64,000 nucleotides of DNA from an uncultured Verrucomicrobiales bacterium (GCA_903927905.1 CAIYOY010000145.1:3871-67870); one strand, 5' to 3'. Numbered from the stretch's first letter, positions 25,094-34,517 are shown. Numbers and translations are program-made. The notes: generated from the letters alone by a model not told the origin.

Positions 25094-25921
25094 TTAAAAG
25101 AATGGATTGTTCGCTTTTTCTTCGGCCACGGTGGTCAAGGGGCCGTGACCGGGGCAAAGCAAGGCTTCGTCCGGCAAGGTGAAAATCTGTTCGCGCACTT
25201 TCTGTTTGGCCAAATCCCACGATTGACGTCCGCTGCCCATGGAGCCGGCAAAAATTGCGTCCCCCACGATGACGACATGCGGGGCGTCTTCCGACCAGTT
25301 GCCGATGATGTAGGTGGTGCCTTCCTCGGTGTGGCCCGGCGTATCGCGATTGGTGATGCGGAGACTGCCGAGGTGGATGAAGGCATTCGCTTTATTGCGG
25401 CTTTCGGGCGGCGCAGTTTTGGAACTGACATGCAGGTGCATCTTGGGATATTTCGCGCGGATCGCACCCATGGCGGCAACGTGATCTTCGTCCAGGTGGG
25501 TCAGGAAAAGATGTTTCAGGGTCAAACCGTTTTCTTCGACGAGTTTGAAAATGGGCGCGGCGTCCCAACCAGTGTCAAATAAAGCGGCTTCGCGGGTGAT
25601 CTCGTCCCAGATCAGATAGCAGTGGGCGATGCTGGTGCCGTTGACACTGGTGATCCAACGCAGTTCGCGCCAGAGGGAAAGATCCGGTTGGGTCGGATAC
25701 CAGCCCTTGGCGATGCGCTCAAGTTTCGCGGCGTCGAGACCGAGAAGTTTGGCGACCGCGGGATAATTGACCGGCTTGGGAGCAACACCGGTTTCGACGA
25801 AGGCTTTCAATTCAGCCTCGGTCAAACCGGCGGCTTGGGCGGCCTGGGTCAAAGGTATTTTGGCGGCGTCGCAAGCGATGTTGATGATCCGGCCTGCGTG
25901 ATCTTCTAGGTCTATTTTCAT
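25094..25921 (-). CDS. MBL-fold metallo-hydrolase with N-terminal helical (HTH-like) extension
   Basis: LTHLDEDHV occupies the position of the HxHxDH motif. TPGHTEEG, VGDAIFAGSMG and CPGHGP are the other ligand blocks. The N-terminal ~85 aa (IPLTQAAQAAGLTEAELKAF...VAKLLGLDAAKLERI) look like paired helices. The start is the in-frame ATG at 25921. Confidence 0.75.
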   Translation of the reverse strand: MKIDLEDHAGRIINIACDAAKIPLTQAAQAAGLTEAELKAFVETGVAPKPVNYPAVAKLLGLDAAKLERIAKGWYPTQPDLSLWRELRWITSVNGTSIAHCYLIWDEITREAALFDTGWDAAPIFKLVEENGLTLKHLFLTHLDEDHVAAMGAIRAKYPKMHLHVSSKTAPPESRNKANAFIHLGSLRITNRDTPGHTEEGTTYIIGNWSEDAPHVVIVGDAIFAGSMGSGRQSWDLAKQKVREQIFTLPDEALLCPGHGPLTTVAEEKANNPFF

Positions 25922-26054
25922 TTCAGTGGCAGGAAGGTAGTGAGTCGGGGACGAGAAGAAAAGGAAGTAATCAAGGGGTTTGTTGCCCGTGGTCTTTTGT
26001 CCGTGGTTGGGCAACGTAACGTTTTTGGACTGCCGCCAATTTTACGGGCTTGGA

Positions 26055-28550
26055 TTACGGGGTTTTTAGCCGGTAAAGCTGAAATTGGTTGGAGCCAGTG
26101 TTGGTGCCGATGAAATCAAAAAATCCGGTGGTGACGGTGTTGGTGGCGATCGAGGACCAGTTGGTCAGATTATTGGTGGCGGTCTGGATGATATAATTAC
26201 TGCCCGCCGCGCCGATCAGTTGGAAATGGATGGAATGGTTGGTCGGGGGCATGAGTTGGACTCGAAGGGGTGAATCAAGCGCGAGGATGGCATTGGCGCT
26301 GGTGACGCTGCCGACCAGGTTGGTGACAACAACACGGTAGCTGCCTTGGTTGGCGGATTGAAAATTGGGGATGTTCAAGGTGCTGCTGTTCGCGCCCACA
26401 CCGGAGCCGTTGAAAAGCCATTGATAAGCCGGCGCGGGATTCGCGGTGGCGGTGACGGTCAAGCTGGCGGTGGTGTTGGTGGGAACGGTATGACTGGCGG
26501 GCGGCACCAAAATCGAGGGCGGAGTGTCAATGGTCAGGACGGCGACGGCACTGGTCACGGCTCCAATATAATTAGTCACGATGCACAGATAGCTTCCGGC
26601 CTGAACGGCTTGCACATTGGTCAAGGTCAGCGAGGTGTTGGTGGCCCCGGCCAGATTTGTGCTGCCGAAAAACCATTGGTAGGCCGGGGTAATGCCGCCG
26701 GCCAGACAGGTGAAAACCGGGCTGGTTCCCTGGACGACTTCCTGGCTGGACGGTTGATTGGTGATCACGGGGGCGGCGGCCAGGGTAAGAGTGACGTTGC
26801 TTGACACTGTGGAAACGCAATTACTGACCAGGATCGAGTAGGTGCCGGTCTGTCCGGCTTGGACGTTGGTGACGGTCAGGCTGGCGTTGGTCGCGCCGCT
26901 GATCGTGCTGCCATTGAATTTCCAGAAGTAATATTTAGGCGTGCCGCCGGTGGCGGTGATGCTGAAAACGGCGTTGGAAGTCGCCGGCACCAGTTGGCTT
27001 TGCGGTGGCGCGCTGATCACCAGCGGGTCACCCAAACCGATGTTCAGATGCACCGTGCCGGAGGCGCCATTGTAACCGTCCACCAGGATGAAGTTGGTCT
27101 GGTTGGCCGCGACCTTGTCAATAAAAACCCGGGGCTGGCCGAGGTTGGTGTAATTGGTGGTGTAGCCGCAGCCGATGTTGGTCAGGGTGCTGAAACTGTC
27201 GCCGGGACCGACGAAAACGCCGATCATGGTGTTGTAAGAGCTGCCGTCGGTATTGACGTAAAGCGAACCGTTGGTGGTGGCCACATAGGCATACCAGGAA
27301 GGCGCACCACCGATTTGTCCGCAAATATTGGGTTCTCCGGGTTCGGCGGCGGCCCCGACGGTGCTGTAGGTCTGAGTGACCGTAAAGCTGCGGGAATCGC
27401 CGCCACTTTTTACCGTGAACGATCCTTGCTGCCCTGGATTGGAAAACGGCGAGCCGACGGAATCGAGGAATTTATTATAGGCGAAGGAATTGGTGGCGGT
27501 GGTGCCGTCGTCCAGGGCGTTGGCTTGCAGGCGGCTCGGGGTGGTGCCGGTGAGAAAGCCGCCTGGAACGGGAATGGTGGCGACATAAGTGCCGACGCTG
27601 AAGTCGTCCACATGGGAAACCACGAAATTGGTTCCTTGAACACCAGTGGACTGGCCGTTGAAATTCCAAAGCAAGGTCCCGGCGGTGGCCTGGCAGGTGA
27701 AGACGACCGAATGGCCAAAAGAAGCCACCGACCGAGCCACCGGCATAAACAAGAAGGCAGGAATAATATTGGTCGTAATCGGGGCGTTCCAACTGAGCAC
27801 AATGTCGCCCGATGCTCCGTAATAACCGTCCACGGCAAAGTAGTAGTTGGTGTTGTTCACCGAGTTAAACGTGACGGAGCTGGTGAGAAAACCGCCGGAG
27901 TCGTCATCATTGACCACTGCTGAAGCCGGGGTTAGCGAGGTGACGCTTTGTCCCTGATAAACCCCCAGCATGGTGTCAAAGCCGCTGCCCGAAGTGGACA
28001 CAGTGACAATGCCGCCGAACGGGGAATGCCATTTGAACCAAACTGATTTGCCGCCGGGGTTGTTGTCCAAAATTCTCGGTTCATTTGGTTCTCGGCTGGC
28101 ATTGACATTGGAACAGCGCACGGCACCGACAGGCGTTGTCCCCAAGTTGGCCGCAGTGATAAAAAGGTCGTTGGTGGTAATAACCGTTGCATTGAACGTC
28201 AATGGAACCGTGACGGTGCTGACCGCGTCAACGCCATCCGCCACCACGGCGCTGAAGCTGCCGCAGTTGGTCGGTTGAACGCTGCTGAAGGATAGTGAGG
28301 ATGTGGTCGCGCCGGAAATGTTGACCCCGTTGCAACGCCATTGATAACGCAGCGGCAAACTGGCCAGTGACTGAGCCACCACCGTGAAGGAGGCCGCCGT
28401 GCCGCCGGTGATGTTGGTCTGGGGCGAAGGCTGCGTCAGGATGACCGGCTGGGCGCGCCCGATGTAGGCAGCGAAAAACAGAGTGAACGCAAAGATCAGC
28501 GTCCAGCTCCGGCAACGAAGTGCTTTATACGTTTTTAGATTGCCGCGCAC
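26055..28550 (-). CDS. Large secreted protein with Ig-like (I-set-type) repeats and two pre-peptidase-C-terminal-like domains
   Basis: It has a signal peptide. Repeated Y(Q/F)W..NG..I.GAT...L...NVQ....G.Y units occur about six times. There are two GEP...SVW(F/Y)... FDT.(L/I)GV(Y/F).G ...DG(Y)..ASG-type domains and a C-terminal beta-sandwich ending FQLYRLKTP. Confidence 0.7.
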   Translation of the reverse strand: MRGNLKTYKALRCRSWTLIFAFTLFFAAYIGRAQPVILTQPSPQTNITGGTAASFTVVAQSLASLPLRYQWRCNGVNISGATTSSLSFSSVQPTNCGSFSAVVADGVDAVSTVTVPLTFNATVITTNDLFITAANLGTTPVGAVRCSNVNASREPNEPRILDNNPGGKSVWFKWHSPFGGIVTVSTSGSGFDTMLGVYQGQSVTSLTPASAVVNDDDSGGFLTSSVTFNSVNNTNYYFAVDGYYGASGDIVLSWNAPITTNIIPAFLFMPVARSVASFGHSVVFTCQATAGTLLWNFNGQSTGVQGTNFVVSHVDDFSVGTYVATIPVPGGFLTGTTPSRLQANALDDGTTATNSFAYNKFLDSVGSPFSNPGQQGSFTVKSGGDSRSFTVTQTYSTVGAAAEPGEPNICGQIGGAPSWYAYVATTNGSLYVNTDGSSYNTMIGVFVGPGDSFSTLTNIGCGYTTNYTNLGQPRVFIDKVAANQTNFILVDGYNGASGTVHLNIGLGDPLVISAPPQSQLVPATSNAVFSITATGGTPKYYFWKFNGSTISGATNASLTVTNVQAGQTGTYSILVSNCVSTVSSNVTLTLAAAPVITNQPSSQEVVQGTSPVFTCLAGGITPAYQWFFGSTNLAGATNTSLTLTNVQAVQAGSYLCIVTNYIGAVTSAVAVLTIDTPPSILVPPASHTVPTNTTASLTVTATANPAPAYQWLFNGSGVGANSSTLNIPNFQSANQGSYRVVVTNLVGSVTSANAILALDSPLRVQLMPPTNHSIHFQLIGAAGSNYIIQTATNNLTNWSSIATNTVTTGFFDFIGTNTGSNQFQLYRLKTP

Positions 28551-28554
28551 TTAA

Positions 28555-29667
28555 TTATGGTTTCAATCGAAAGGCAGCCCGGGCAGCGAGTATGGAAAGA
28601 ATGTTTTCGGGTTCTTTTATGGCTTTTTCGATTCCAGCGAATTTAACCAAAGACCGCGTCTGTGAAAAGAACTTTTTTGCCCGTCCAGGATTGACGACGA
28701 CACCGGCCAGCCCAAGACATGGAACCTTATGCCAGCGGCATAATTGCGCAATCCGGCCGACTCCCTTTCCCATGTAGGTCTGCTCATCCATCGCGCCTTC
28801 CCCGGTGATGACGAGGTCTGTCGCTCGAATCCGTTTCTCCAACTGGGCCAGGTCTGCAAAAATCTGGAAGCCGGATTCAACTTTGGCGGCGGCAAAGGTC
28901 ATCAGCCCAAAACCCAGCCCACCCGCTGCGCCAGAACCGGGCACTTTGGAAAAATCTTTGCCCATTTCCTGCCGCATCACTTCGGCCAACCGACCAAGAT
29001 TTTTTTCCGCGAACAAAAAATCATCCGGGCGCAATCCTTTCTGCGGCCCGTAAATGCGCGAACAACCTTTTGGCCCCAATAACGGGTTCGCCACATCCAC
29101 CGCGACAGTCACCTTCAGCTTTAGCGGTTTCTCGGGTGCCTGAACTTTTGCCAGGTGTTCCAGTTGCCACCATTCGCGGATTGGATCGCCGAAGCGTCCG
29201 AAAAATTTCCACCCTAAAGCGCAAGCCAACCCAAACCCTCCATCGTTGGTCGCGCTGCCGCCGATGCCCACCACACATTTCTTCGCTCCAGCCTTTTCGG
29301 CTGCGTCCAGCACCGCCCCCAGGCCAAACGTGTCCAATTGAAACGGATGAAATTTTTTTGACGGCAACATGGCCAGGCCGTTCACTCTGGCCGCTTCAAC
29401 AATGGCGGTCCGGCTTTTCTCCTGCCACCACCAAACCGCCCGGATCGAACGATGCGCTGCATCCACCGTTTTCACCATCCGCTCTTCCGCCTCGAGTAAA
29501 TCGCGCAACACTTGCCCAAAACCATCCCCGCCGTCGCTCATGGGGAGGAGTTCAAGTTGATCGTTGGGACAGGATTTTTTCCAACCGCGCGCAATGGCTT
29601 GGGCCGCAGCCTGGGCGGTCAAGGTGCCTTTGAATTTATCTGGAACGATGAGTATATGGCGCGACAT
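28555..29667 (-). CDS. glxK: Glycerate kinase
   Basis: ILIVPDKFKGTLTAQAAAQAI, LPMSDGGDGF, GIGGSATNDGG and ITGEGAMDEQTYMGK. Confidence 0.88.
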   Translation of the reverse strand: MSRHILIVPDKFKGTLTAQAAAQAIARGWKKSCPNDQLELLPMSDGGDGFGQVLRDLLEAEERMVKTVDAAHRSIRAVWWWQEKSRTAIVEAARVNGLAMLPSKKFHPFQLDTFGLGAVLDAAEKAGAKKCVVGIGGSATNDGGFGLACALGWKFFGRFGDPIREWWQLEHLAKVQAPEKPLKLKVTVAVDVANPLLGPKGCSRIYGPQKGLRPDDFLFAEKNLGRLAEVMRQEMGKDFSKVPGSGAAGGLGFGLMTFAAAKVESGFQIFADLAQLEKRIRATDLVITGEGAMDEQTYMGKGVGRIAQLCRWHKVPCLGLAGVVVNPGRAKKFFSQTRSLVKFAGIEKAIKEPENILSILAARAAFRLKP

Positions 29668-29737
29668 CGCGCCCACTTTAGTCGTGGAATTATGCTTTGC
29701 CAACACCGCAAGCTATGGCATCTTGTGCTTATATATT

Positions 29738-30076
29738 ATGGATAAGCCCAAGATTATCGCCTATTTGAAACCGAGTTGCGGCTGGAGCATGGGAGTTCGC
29801 GCCGTCATGAAGAAATACGATTTGCCCTTCGAAGACCGTGACATCATCAACGACCCGGTGCAACGCCAGGAAATGATCGAGAAAAGCGGCCAGATGCTCA
29901 GCCCCTGCGTGGAAATCAACGGGCGCATGTTGCCAGACATCAGCGGCGAAGAAGTGGAATCTTTCATGCTGGCCAACAATCTTGTGGCCCCGAATGAGAT
30001 CCTCCCCGACGCTCCGATCAATCAGCCTTGCGCCCACGAAATGCCGCAGGCGACGGCGTTGAATTTTCGCAGGTAA
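29738..30076 (+). CDS. Glutaredoxin-family (thioredoxin-fold) small protein, monothiol-type SCGWS site
   Basis: KIIAYLKPSCGWSMGVRAVMKKYDLPFEDRDI ... SPCVEINGRMLPD. Its stop overlaps the panC start (TAATG). Confidence 0.7.
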   Translation: MDKPKIIAYLKPSCGWSMGVRAVMKKYDLPFEDRDIINDPVQRQEMIEKSGQMLSPCVEINGRMLPDISGEEVESFMLANNLVAPNEILPDAPINQPCAHEMPQATALNFRR

Positions 30077-30936
30077 TGCCCGGCCCGGCGCGAATTGTCA
30101 GGACGGCGGCGGCCATGCAACGGCTGGCCAAAGAGTGGCAGGCCAAAAAATTGGGCGTGGGGTTTGTGCCGACGATGGGCTATCTGCACGCCGGCCATGT
30201 CAGCCTGATGCAACGGGCGCGGAAAGCGGTTGGCGCAAAGGGTCTGGTGGTCGTCAGCATTTATGTGAATCCAACGCAGTTCGCTCCAACGGAAGATCTC
30301 TCCAAATACCCGCGCGATTTTGCCCGCGATAAAAAAATGTGCGCGGATGCCGGGGTGGATGTGATTTTTGCCCCGACCGACAAGGAAATGTATCCCGAAG
30401 GATTCAGCACCTATGTGATTGAGGAAAAATTGTCGCGCTCGATGGAAGGAGCATCGCGGCCAACGCATTTTCGCGGGGTCACGACCGTGGTCGCGAAGCT
30501 GTTCAACATGGTGTTGCCAACGGTCGCCATCTTCGGCGCGAAAGATTTTCAACAGGCCGCCATTGTAAAACAGATGGTGCGTGATTTGAATTTTCCGCTG
30601 CGGATCATCGTCGCGCCGATCTGGCGTGAAGCGGACGGTTTGGCGATGAGTTCGCGAAACAAATATCTTTCTCCCGCGCAACGCAGCCAGGCAGGGGTGC
30701 TTTGGCTGGCGTTGGAACAAGCGAAAACCGCCGTGGCAAAGCGAGCCGTGCCAGCAGCACAATTGACCAAAATGACATCGTGGCTGATCAGCACGCAATC
30801 CGAGACGCGCCTGGATTACGTGGAGTTTTTTGATCCAGAAACATTGGCCCCGGAAAAACTGGTCCGGCGCGGCACCCAAATGGCGCTGGCGGTCTTTTTC
30901 GGCAAAACACGTTTGATTGATAACGCCAAGCTTTAA
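30076..30936 (+). CDS. panC: Pantoate--beta-alanine ligase
   Basis: VGFVPTMGYLHAGHVSLM, SIYVNPTQF, THFRGVTTVVAKLFN and FGAKDFQQ. Confidence 0.93.
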   Translation: MPGPARIVRTAAAMQRLAKEWQAKKLGVGFVPTMGYLHAGHVSLMQRARKAVGAKGLVVVSIYVNPTQFAPTEDLSKYPRDFARDKKMCADAGVDVIFAPTDKEMYPEGFSTYVIEEKLSRSMEGASRPTHFRGVTTVVAKLFNMVLPTVAIFGAKDFQQAAIVKQMVRDLNFPLRIIVAPIWREADGLAMSSRNKYLSPAQRSQAGVLWLALEQAKTAVAKRAVPAAQLTKMTSWLISTQSETRLDYVEFFDPETLAPEKLVRRGTQMALAVFFGKTRLIDNAKL

Positions 30937-31492
30937 ACCTGTATACCGCAACCATGGCCAAAACCTTTGGAATCGCGCGATTAAACAACTCCTGAATCTC
31001 TTGCATCTCCGGCACTCGCGCGCGGGCAAACGCCGCCTTCAACTGCTCTTGGGTGAACGATTCTTGTCGAAGTAAAAATTGGATATCCTGCAAATCATCA
31101 TCGTCCGCCCGCGCCATCTTCGTCAAAATGAGATCAATCGTTGCCGGTCGAAAAACTGCCAGTTTCGCCAAACCCACGTCGAGCCGCAAACGGCGGGTGA
31201 TCCAGTCCGGTAGCAAGATCACATCCAGCTCGCGAAACAAGTGAGTCAAATAAAGTCCGTCCGATTCCAATTCCTCATTGGTGCGTTGCACGGCTTGCCA
31301 GAAATCTTCATGGGAATCAGGTGGTTGCAGCCAGGCCAGCGGCAAAATCCCGTCCACATCCTGGGTGTTATGAAAATGTTTCGGCGCTTGCGGATAACCC
31401 AGCGCCAACGCCGAACGTCCAAAAAGTGTCAACTCAGCCGGGGCCGCAAGGTGCCGGTCAAGTGTTCCCAGGATGCGCAACGGATTGCTCAT
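30788..31492 (-). CDS. Minimal nucleotidyltransferase-fold protein (DUF6036-like / MNT-like)
   Basis: The NTase signature LFGRSALALGY...TQDVDGIL (GS...DxD) is followed by IDLILTKMARADDDDLQDIQFLL. An ATGA overlap joins it to the upstream ORF. The last ~49 codons run antisense into panC and look non-native (R/P/C-rich). Confidence 0.6.
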   Translation of the reverse strand: MSNPLRILGTLDRHLAAPAELTLFGRSALALGYPQAPKHFHNTQDVDGILPLAWLQPPDSHEDFWQAVQRTNEELESDGLYLTHLFRELDVILLPDWITRRLRLDVGLAKLAVFRPATIDLILTKMARADDDDLQDIQFLLRQESFTQEQLKAAFARARVPEMQEIQELFNRAIPKVLAMVAVYRFKAWRYQSNVFCRKRPPAPFGCRAGPVFPGPMFLDQKTPRNPGASRIAC

Positions 31493-32055
31493 TCCACCGG
31501 TTCGCGCCGTCGGAGCCATTTGATGTCCGGGCCGCCTCCGAAAGAAGTAACCCCCGTTTGACTGACAAAACGCGACCAGTGCGGCAGCGCATCCGACGGA
31601 TAAGGCTGGCCCGGCGGCAGATGCCGAAGCAAATATTCCCAAGGCTGAATCCCGGGTGCATAACGGGCTGCAATCGCGGCGATATGCAGCAACACGGGCT
31701 CAACCCTTTCCCGCACCGCCAACCGCGCCAGCTTGGGTGCGTCAGTCTGTGGTGAACTCAATAATTGTGCGGCGGCGCGGATGAACGTGGAGTTGTACGG
31801 ATGCTGGCCGAGACACAAACCCACCGCCAATTCTTCATTGCTCAGTTCCGAACAATCTGGCGGCAAATCGTCGGCAAAATCGCGCTCGTAATGACTGGCT
31901 CCCCGGTGAACTGCGCCCTTGAGCAGCCATTCACCGACACGATCTTCCGGGCAACCGCTCATCTGGCAAATCTTGCGCCATAAGAGTGAAACATGAACCG
32001 TCGCCCCAAGCCTTTGGGCCAATGGCGGGCTGCTCAGTTGCTCAATCATTTCCAC
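31489..32055 (-). CDS. Hypothetical helical protein, upstream partner of the nucleotidyltransferase-like gene
   Basis: A 188-aa ORF is translationally coupled (ATGA) to the NTase-like gene. I recognised no family. It contains an R-x6-H string (RVEPVLLH). Confidence 0.45.
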   Translation of the reverse strand: MEMIEQLSSPPLAQRLGATVHVSLLWRKICQMSGCPEDRVGEWLLKGAVHRGASHYERDFADDLPPDCSELSNEELAVGLCLGQHPYNSTFIRAAAQLLSSPQTDAPKLARLAVRERVEPVLLHIAAIAARYAPGIQPWEYLLRHLPPGQPYPSDALPHWSRFVSQTGVTSFGGGPDIKWLRRREPVE

Positions 32056-32161
32056 ATCAAAACTATAACATGACAGGGGTAAGACTGGCGAATTACTTTT
32101 TTGCTCGCAAAACCCACCGAATTGACGAGGCTAAATTTTGATCCATTAATCTCAAAAAGTG

Positions 32162-32542
32162 TCAATCATTGGGCCTGCTGTCTGCCATGCGGGATCGTAA
32201 AATTATCCGACCCCAAGAAATCCAAAGCCCCATCGGAACCAGAAACCATGCAGATAAAAAGAATGCGAGCCACCGGTTCGCCTGAAACGACAGCATATAC
32301 GAAAAAACTGACGCCAATCCAGCGAGGATTGCACTAAGCAAACCAGCCCGCGGAGCGAATGAACGTTCTAAAATAGCGGAGCCAACACAATACCAGGCAA
32401 CAGGAGGAAAGAGGGTCATTAGCAATAGAACGTAGAGTTCCGACGGCCATCGCAACACACTTCGTCTTTGAAAGGCGCGTGTCGTCAGCAAGCTAATGTA
32501 GAATACAAATAAGCTAAAAATGAATATTCCTTGAATGCTCAT
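32162..32542 (-). CDS. Hypothetical integral membrane protein (4 predicted TM segments)
   Basis: The 126-aa product is strongly hydrophobic (IFIFSLFVFYISLL, LLLMTLFPPVAWYCVG, LLSAILAGLASVFSYML, LAFFLSAWFLVPMGLWI). The DNA is visibly AT-richer than its flanks. Confidence 0.5.
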   Translation of the reverse strand: MSIQGIFIFSLFVFYISLLTTRAFQRRSVLRWPSELYVLLLMTLFPPVAWYCVGSAILERSFAPRAGLLSAILAGLASVFSYMLSFQANRWLAFFLSAWFLVPMGLWISWGRIILRSRMADSRPND

Positions 32543-32639
32543 CTCAGTCCCTAAAGATTGGCACAGGTTTTATTTAGAAGCCACCCTTCATTTTCCCTTC
32601 GCCTAATCCCCTCCTTTGGTGTTCAATCCTGTGACGGTC

Positions 32640-34226
32640 ATGAAAAAATTTGATTTTCTCGTCCTCGGCAGCGGTATCGCGGGGCTTTCCTTTGCCTTGA
32701 AGGCTGCGCGGCTGGGCAAGGTCGCCATTGTCACAAAAAAAACCAGCGCGGAATCCAACACCAATTATGCGCAGGGCGGCATCGCCTCGGTTACCAGCAA
32801 AGAGGACTCCTTCGAGATGCACGTGCGCGATACGCTGGAGGCGGGCGCGGGGCTTTGCCATGAAGCCGTGGTGCGGACGATTGTGGAAGAAGGTCCGGCG
32901 CGGATCGCGGAGTTGATCGAGTTCGGCATGAGATTCACCGAGCGCGAACACAACGGGGCCAAGGAACTCGACCTCGGACGCGAAGGCGGACATTCCAAGC
33001 GCCGCATTCTCCACGCCAAGGATGTGACGGGTCGCGAAATCGAACGCGCCCTGCTTGCCGCCGTGGCCGCGCAGCCGAACATCCAGATCTTCGAAAATCA
33101 TTTCACCATTGATCTGATCACCACGAAAAAGTTGGGGCTGAAAAAAGCCAATCGCTGCATCGGCGCCTATGTCTTGGACAAGAAGGCCAACCGGGTGGAG
33201 ACCTTCGCCGCGCGGACTGTTCTGCTCGCCACGGGTGGTTGCGGCAAAGTTTATCTTTACACCACCAACCCCGACATCGCGACCGGCGACGGCGTAGCCA
33301 TGGCCTATCGCGCAGGCGCGGCGATTGCGAACATGGAATTCATCCAGTTCCACCCGACGTGCCTGTATCATCCGAAAGCAAAATCCTTTCTGATCAGCGA
33401 AGCCGTCCGCGGCGAAGGCGGCATTCTCAAGGACGTGAATGGCGTCGCCTTCATGGACAAATATCATCCGCTGAAATCGCTAGCCCCGCGCGATATCGTG
33501 GCCCGTGCGATTGACAACGAAATGAAACGGAGCGGTGCCGATCACGTCTTGCTCGACATCACCCATAAGCCCGCCAATTTCATCATCGAACATTTTCCGA
33601 ACATCTACCAAACCTGCCTCCAACTCGGCATTGACATGACGCGCGAACCGGTGCCGGTCGTGCCCGCCGCGCATTATCAGTGTGGCGGTGTGCAAACTGA
33701 TGTGAACGGCAAGACGGGGATCGCGGGTTTGTACGCGGTCGGTGAAGTCGCCTGCACCGGCCTGCACGGGGCTAATCGGCTCGCCAGCAATTCGCTTCTG
33801 GAAGCGTTGGTCTGCGCGAATCGCGCGGCGGAATTGGTGGAAAAAAAGCCCGATCCACAAACCAAAATTTCCATCCCCCCGTGGCGTTCCGGTCACGCGC
33901 TCAATCCCGACGAACTGGTCGTCCTCTCGCATAACTGGGATGAGATCCGGCGCATGATGTGGGATTACGTCGGCATCGTGCGCACCAACAAACGCCTGAA
34001 ACGCGCCCGCGCGCGCATCGCGAATTTGCAGGAAGAGATCCAGGAATATTATTGGGATTTTATTGTCAGCAGCGATTTGTTGGAATTGCGGAACATCGCG
34101 ACGGTGGCAGAGTTGATCATCAACAGTGCCATTCAACGACCGGAGAGCCGTGGGTTGCATTACAATCTGGATTATCCCAAGACGAATCGGAAGTGGGGGA
34201 AGAAAGATACAGTCTTGCGGAAATAG
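32640..34226 (+). CDS. nadB: L-aspartate oxidase
   Basis: [36 protein letters not shown] and [15 protein letters not shown]. Confidence 0.95.
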   Translation: MKKFDFLVLGSGIAGLSFALKAARLGKVAIVTKKTSAESNTNYAQGGIASVTSKEDSFEMHVRDTLEAGAGLCHEAVVRTIVEEGPARIAELIEFGMRFTEREHNGAKELDLGREGGHSKRRILHAKDVTGREIERALLAAVAAQPNIQIFENHFTIDLITTKKLGLKKANRCIGAYVLDKKANRVETFAARTVLLATGGCGKVYLYTTNPDIATGDGVAMAYRAGAAIANMEFIQFHPTCLYHPKAKSFLISEAVRGEGGILKDVNGVAFMDKYHPLKSLAPRDIVARAIDNEMKRSGADHVLLDITHKPANFIIEHFPNIYQTCLQLGIDMTREPVPVVPAAHYQCGGVQTDVNGKTGIAGLYAVGEVACTGLHGANRLASNSLLEALVCANRAAELVEKKPDPQTKISIPPWRSGHALNPDELVVLSHNWDEIRRMMWDYVGIVRTNKRLKRARARIANLQEEIQEYYWDFIVSSDLLELRNIATVAELIINSAIQRPESRGLHYNLDYPKTNRKWGKKDTVLRK

Positions 34227-34517
34227 GGGGCATTTTGGTGTAGAACACATCGCAGTGAGCCGGGTTTGGTGTAACAATTGCCCTGACGTGCTGGGATAGG
34301 CTCGCCCTCGGTAAGCGACCTCAGTTTTGAGATCTCATCCTCGCTAAACTCCGCCCATTTCACGAAAATTCCGCCGCGAGTTGCCATGTCCGTCTCAGTT
34401 GAGAGCTTGGGCAAGATTCATCCGACTGCGTGGCTGACGACGACCGCGATCTTGGTGCTGCCTGGATGGAAGCAAATTCTTTCTATTTTTTGTTGTCTCC
34501 GGTAGGCTGAGGCTCCT

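Noticed and set aside
26346-27923. Long + strand ORFs (152 and 354 aa) opposite the Ig-repeat protein gene.
   Set aside because: They are G/R/A-rich shadows of a T/S/N/G-rich repeat protein, and the periodicity belongs to the minus-strand gene.
30022-31029. A 335-aa minus-strand ORF.
   Set aside because: It is antisense to panC, which has the canonical PTMGYLHAGH motif.
34172-34414. An 80-aa minus-strand ORF (…MATRGGIFVKWAEFSEDEISKLRSL…).
   Set aside because: It overlaps the nadB 3' end. I recognised no family. It may be a fragment, but the evidence is insufficient.
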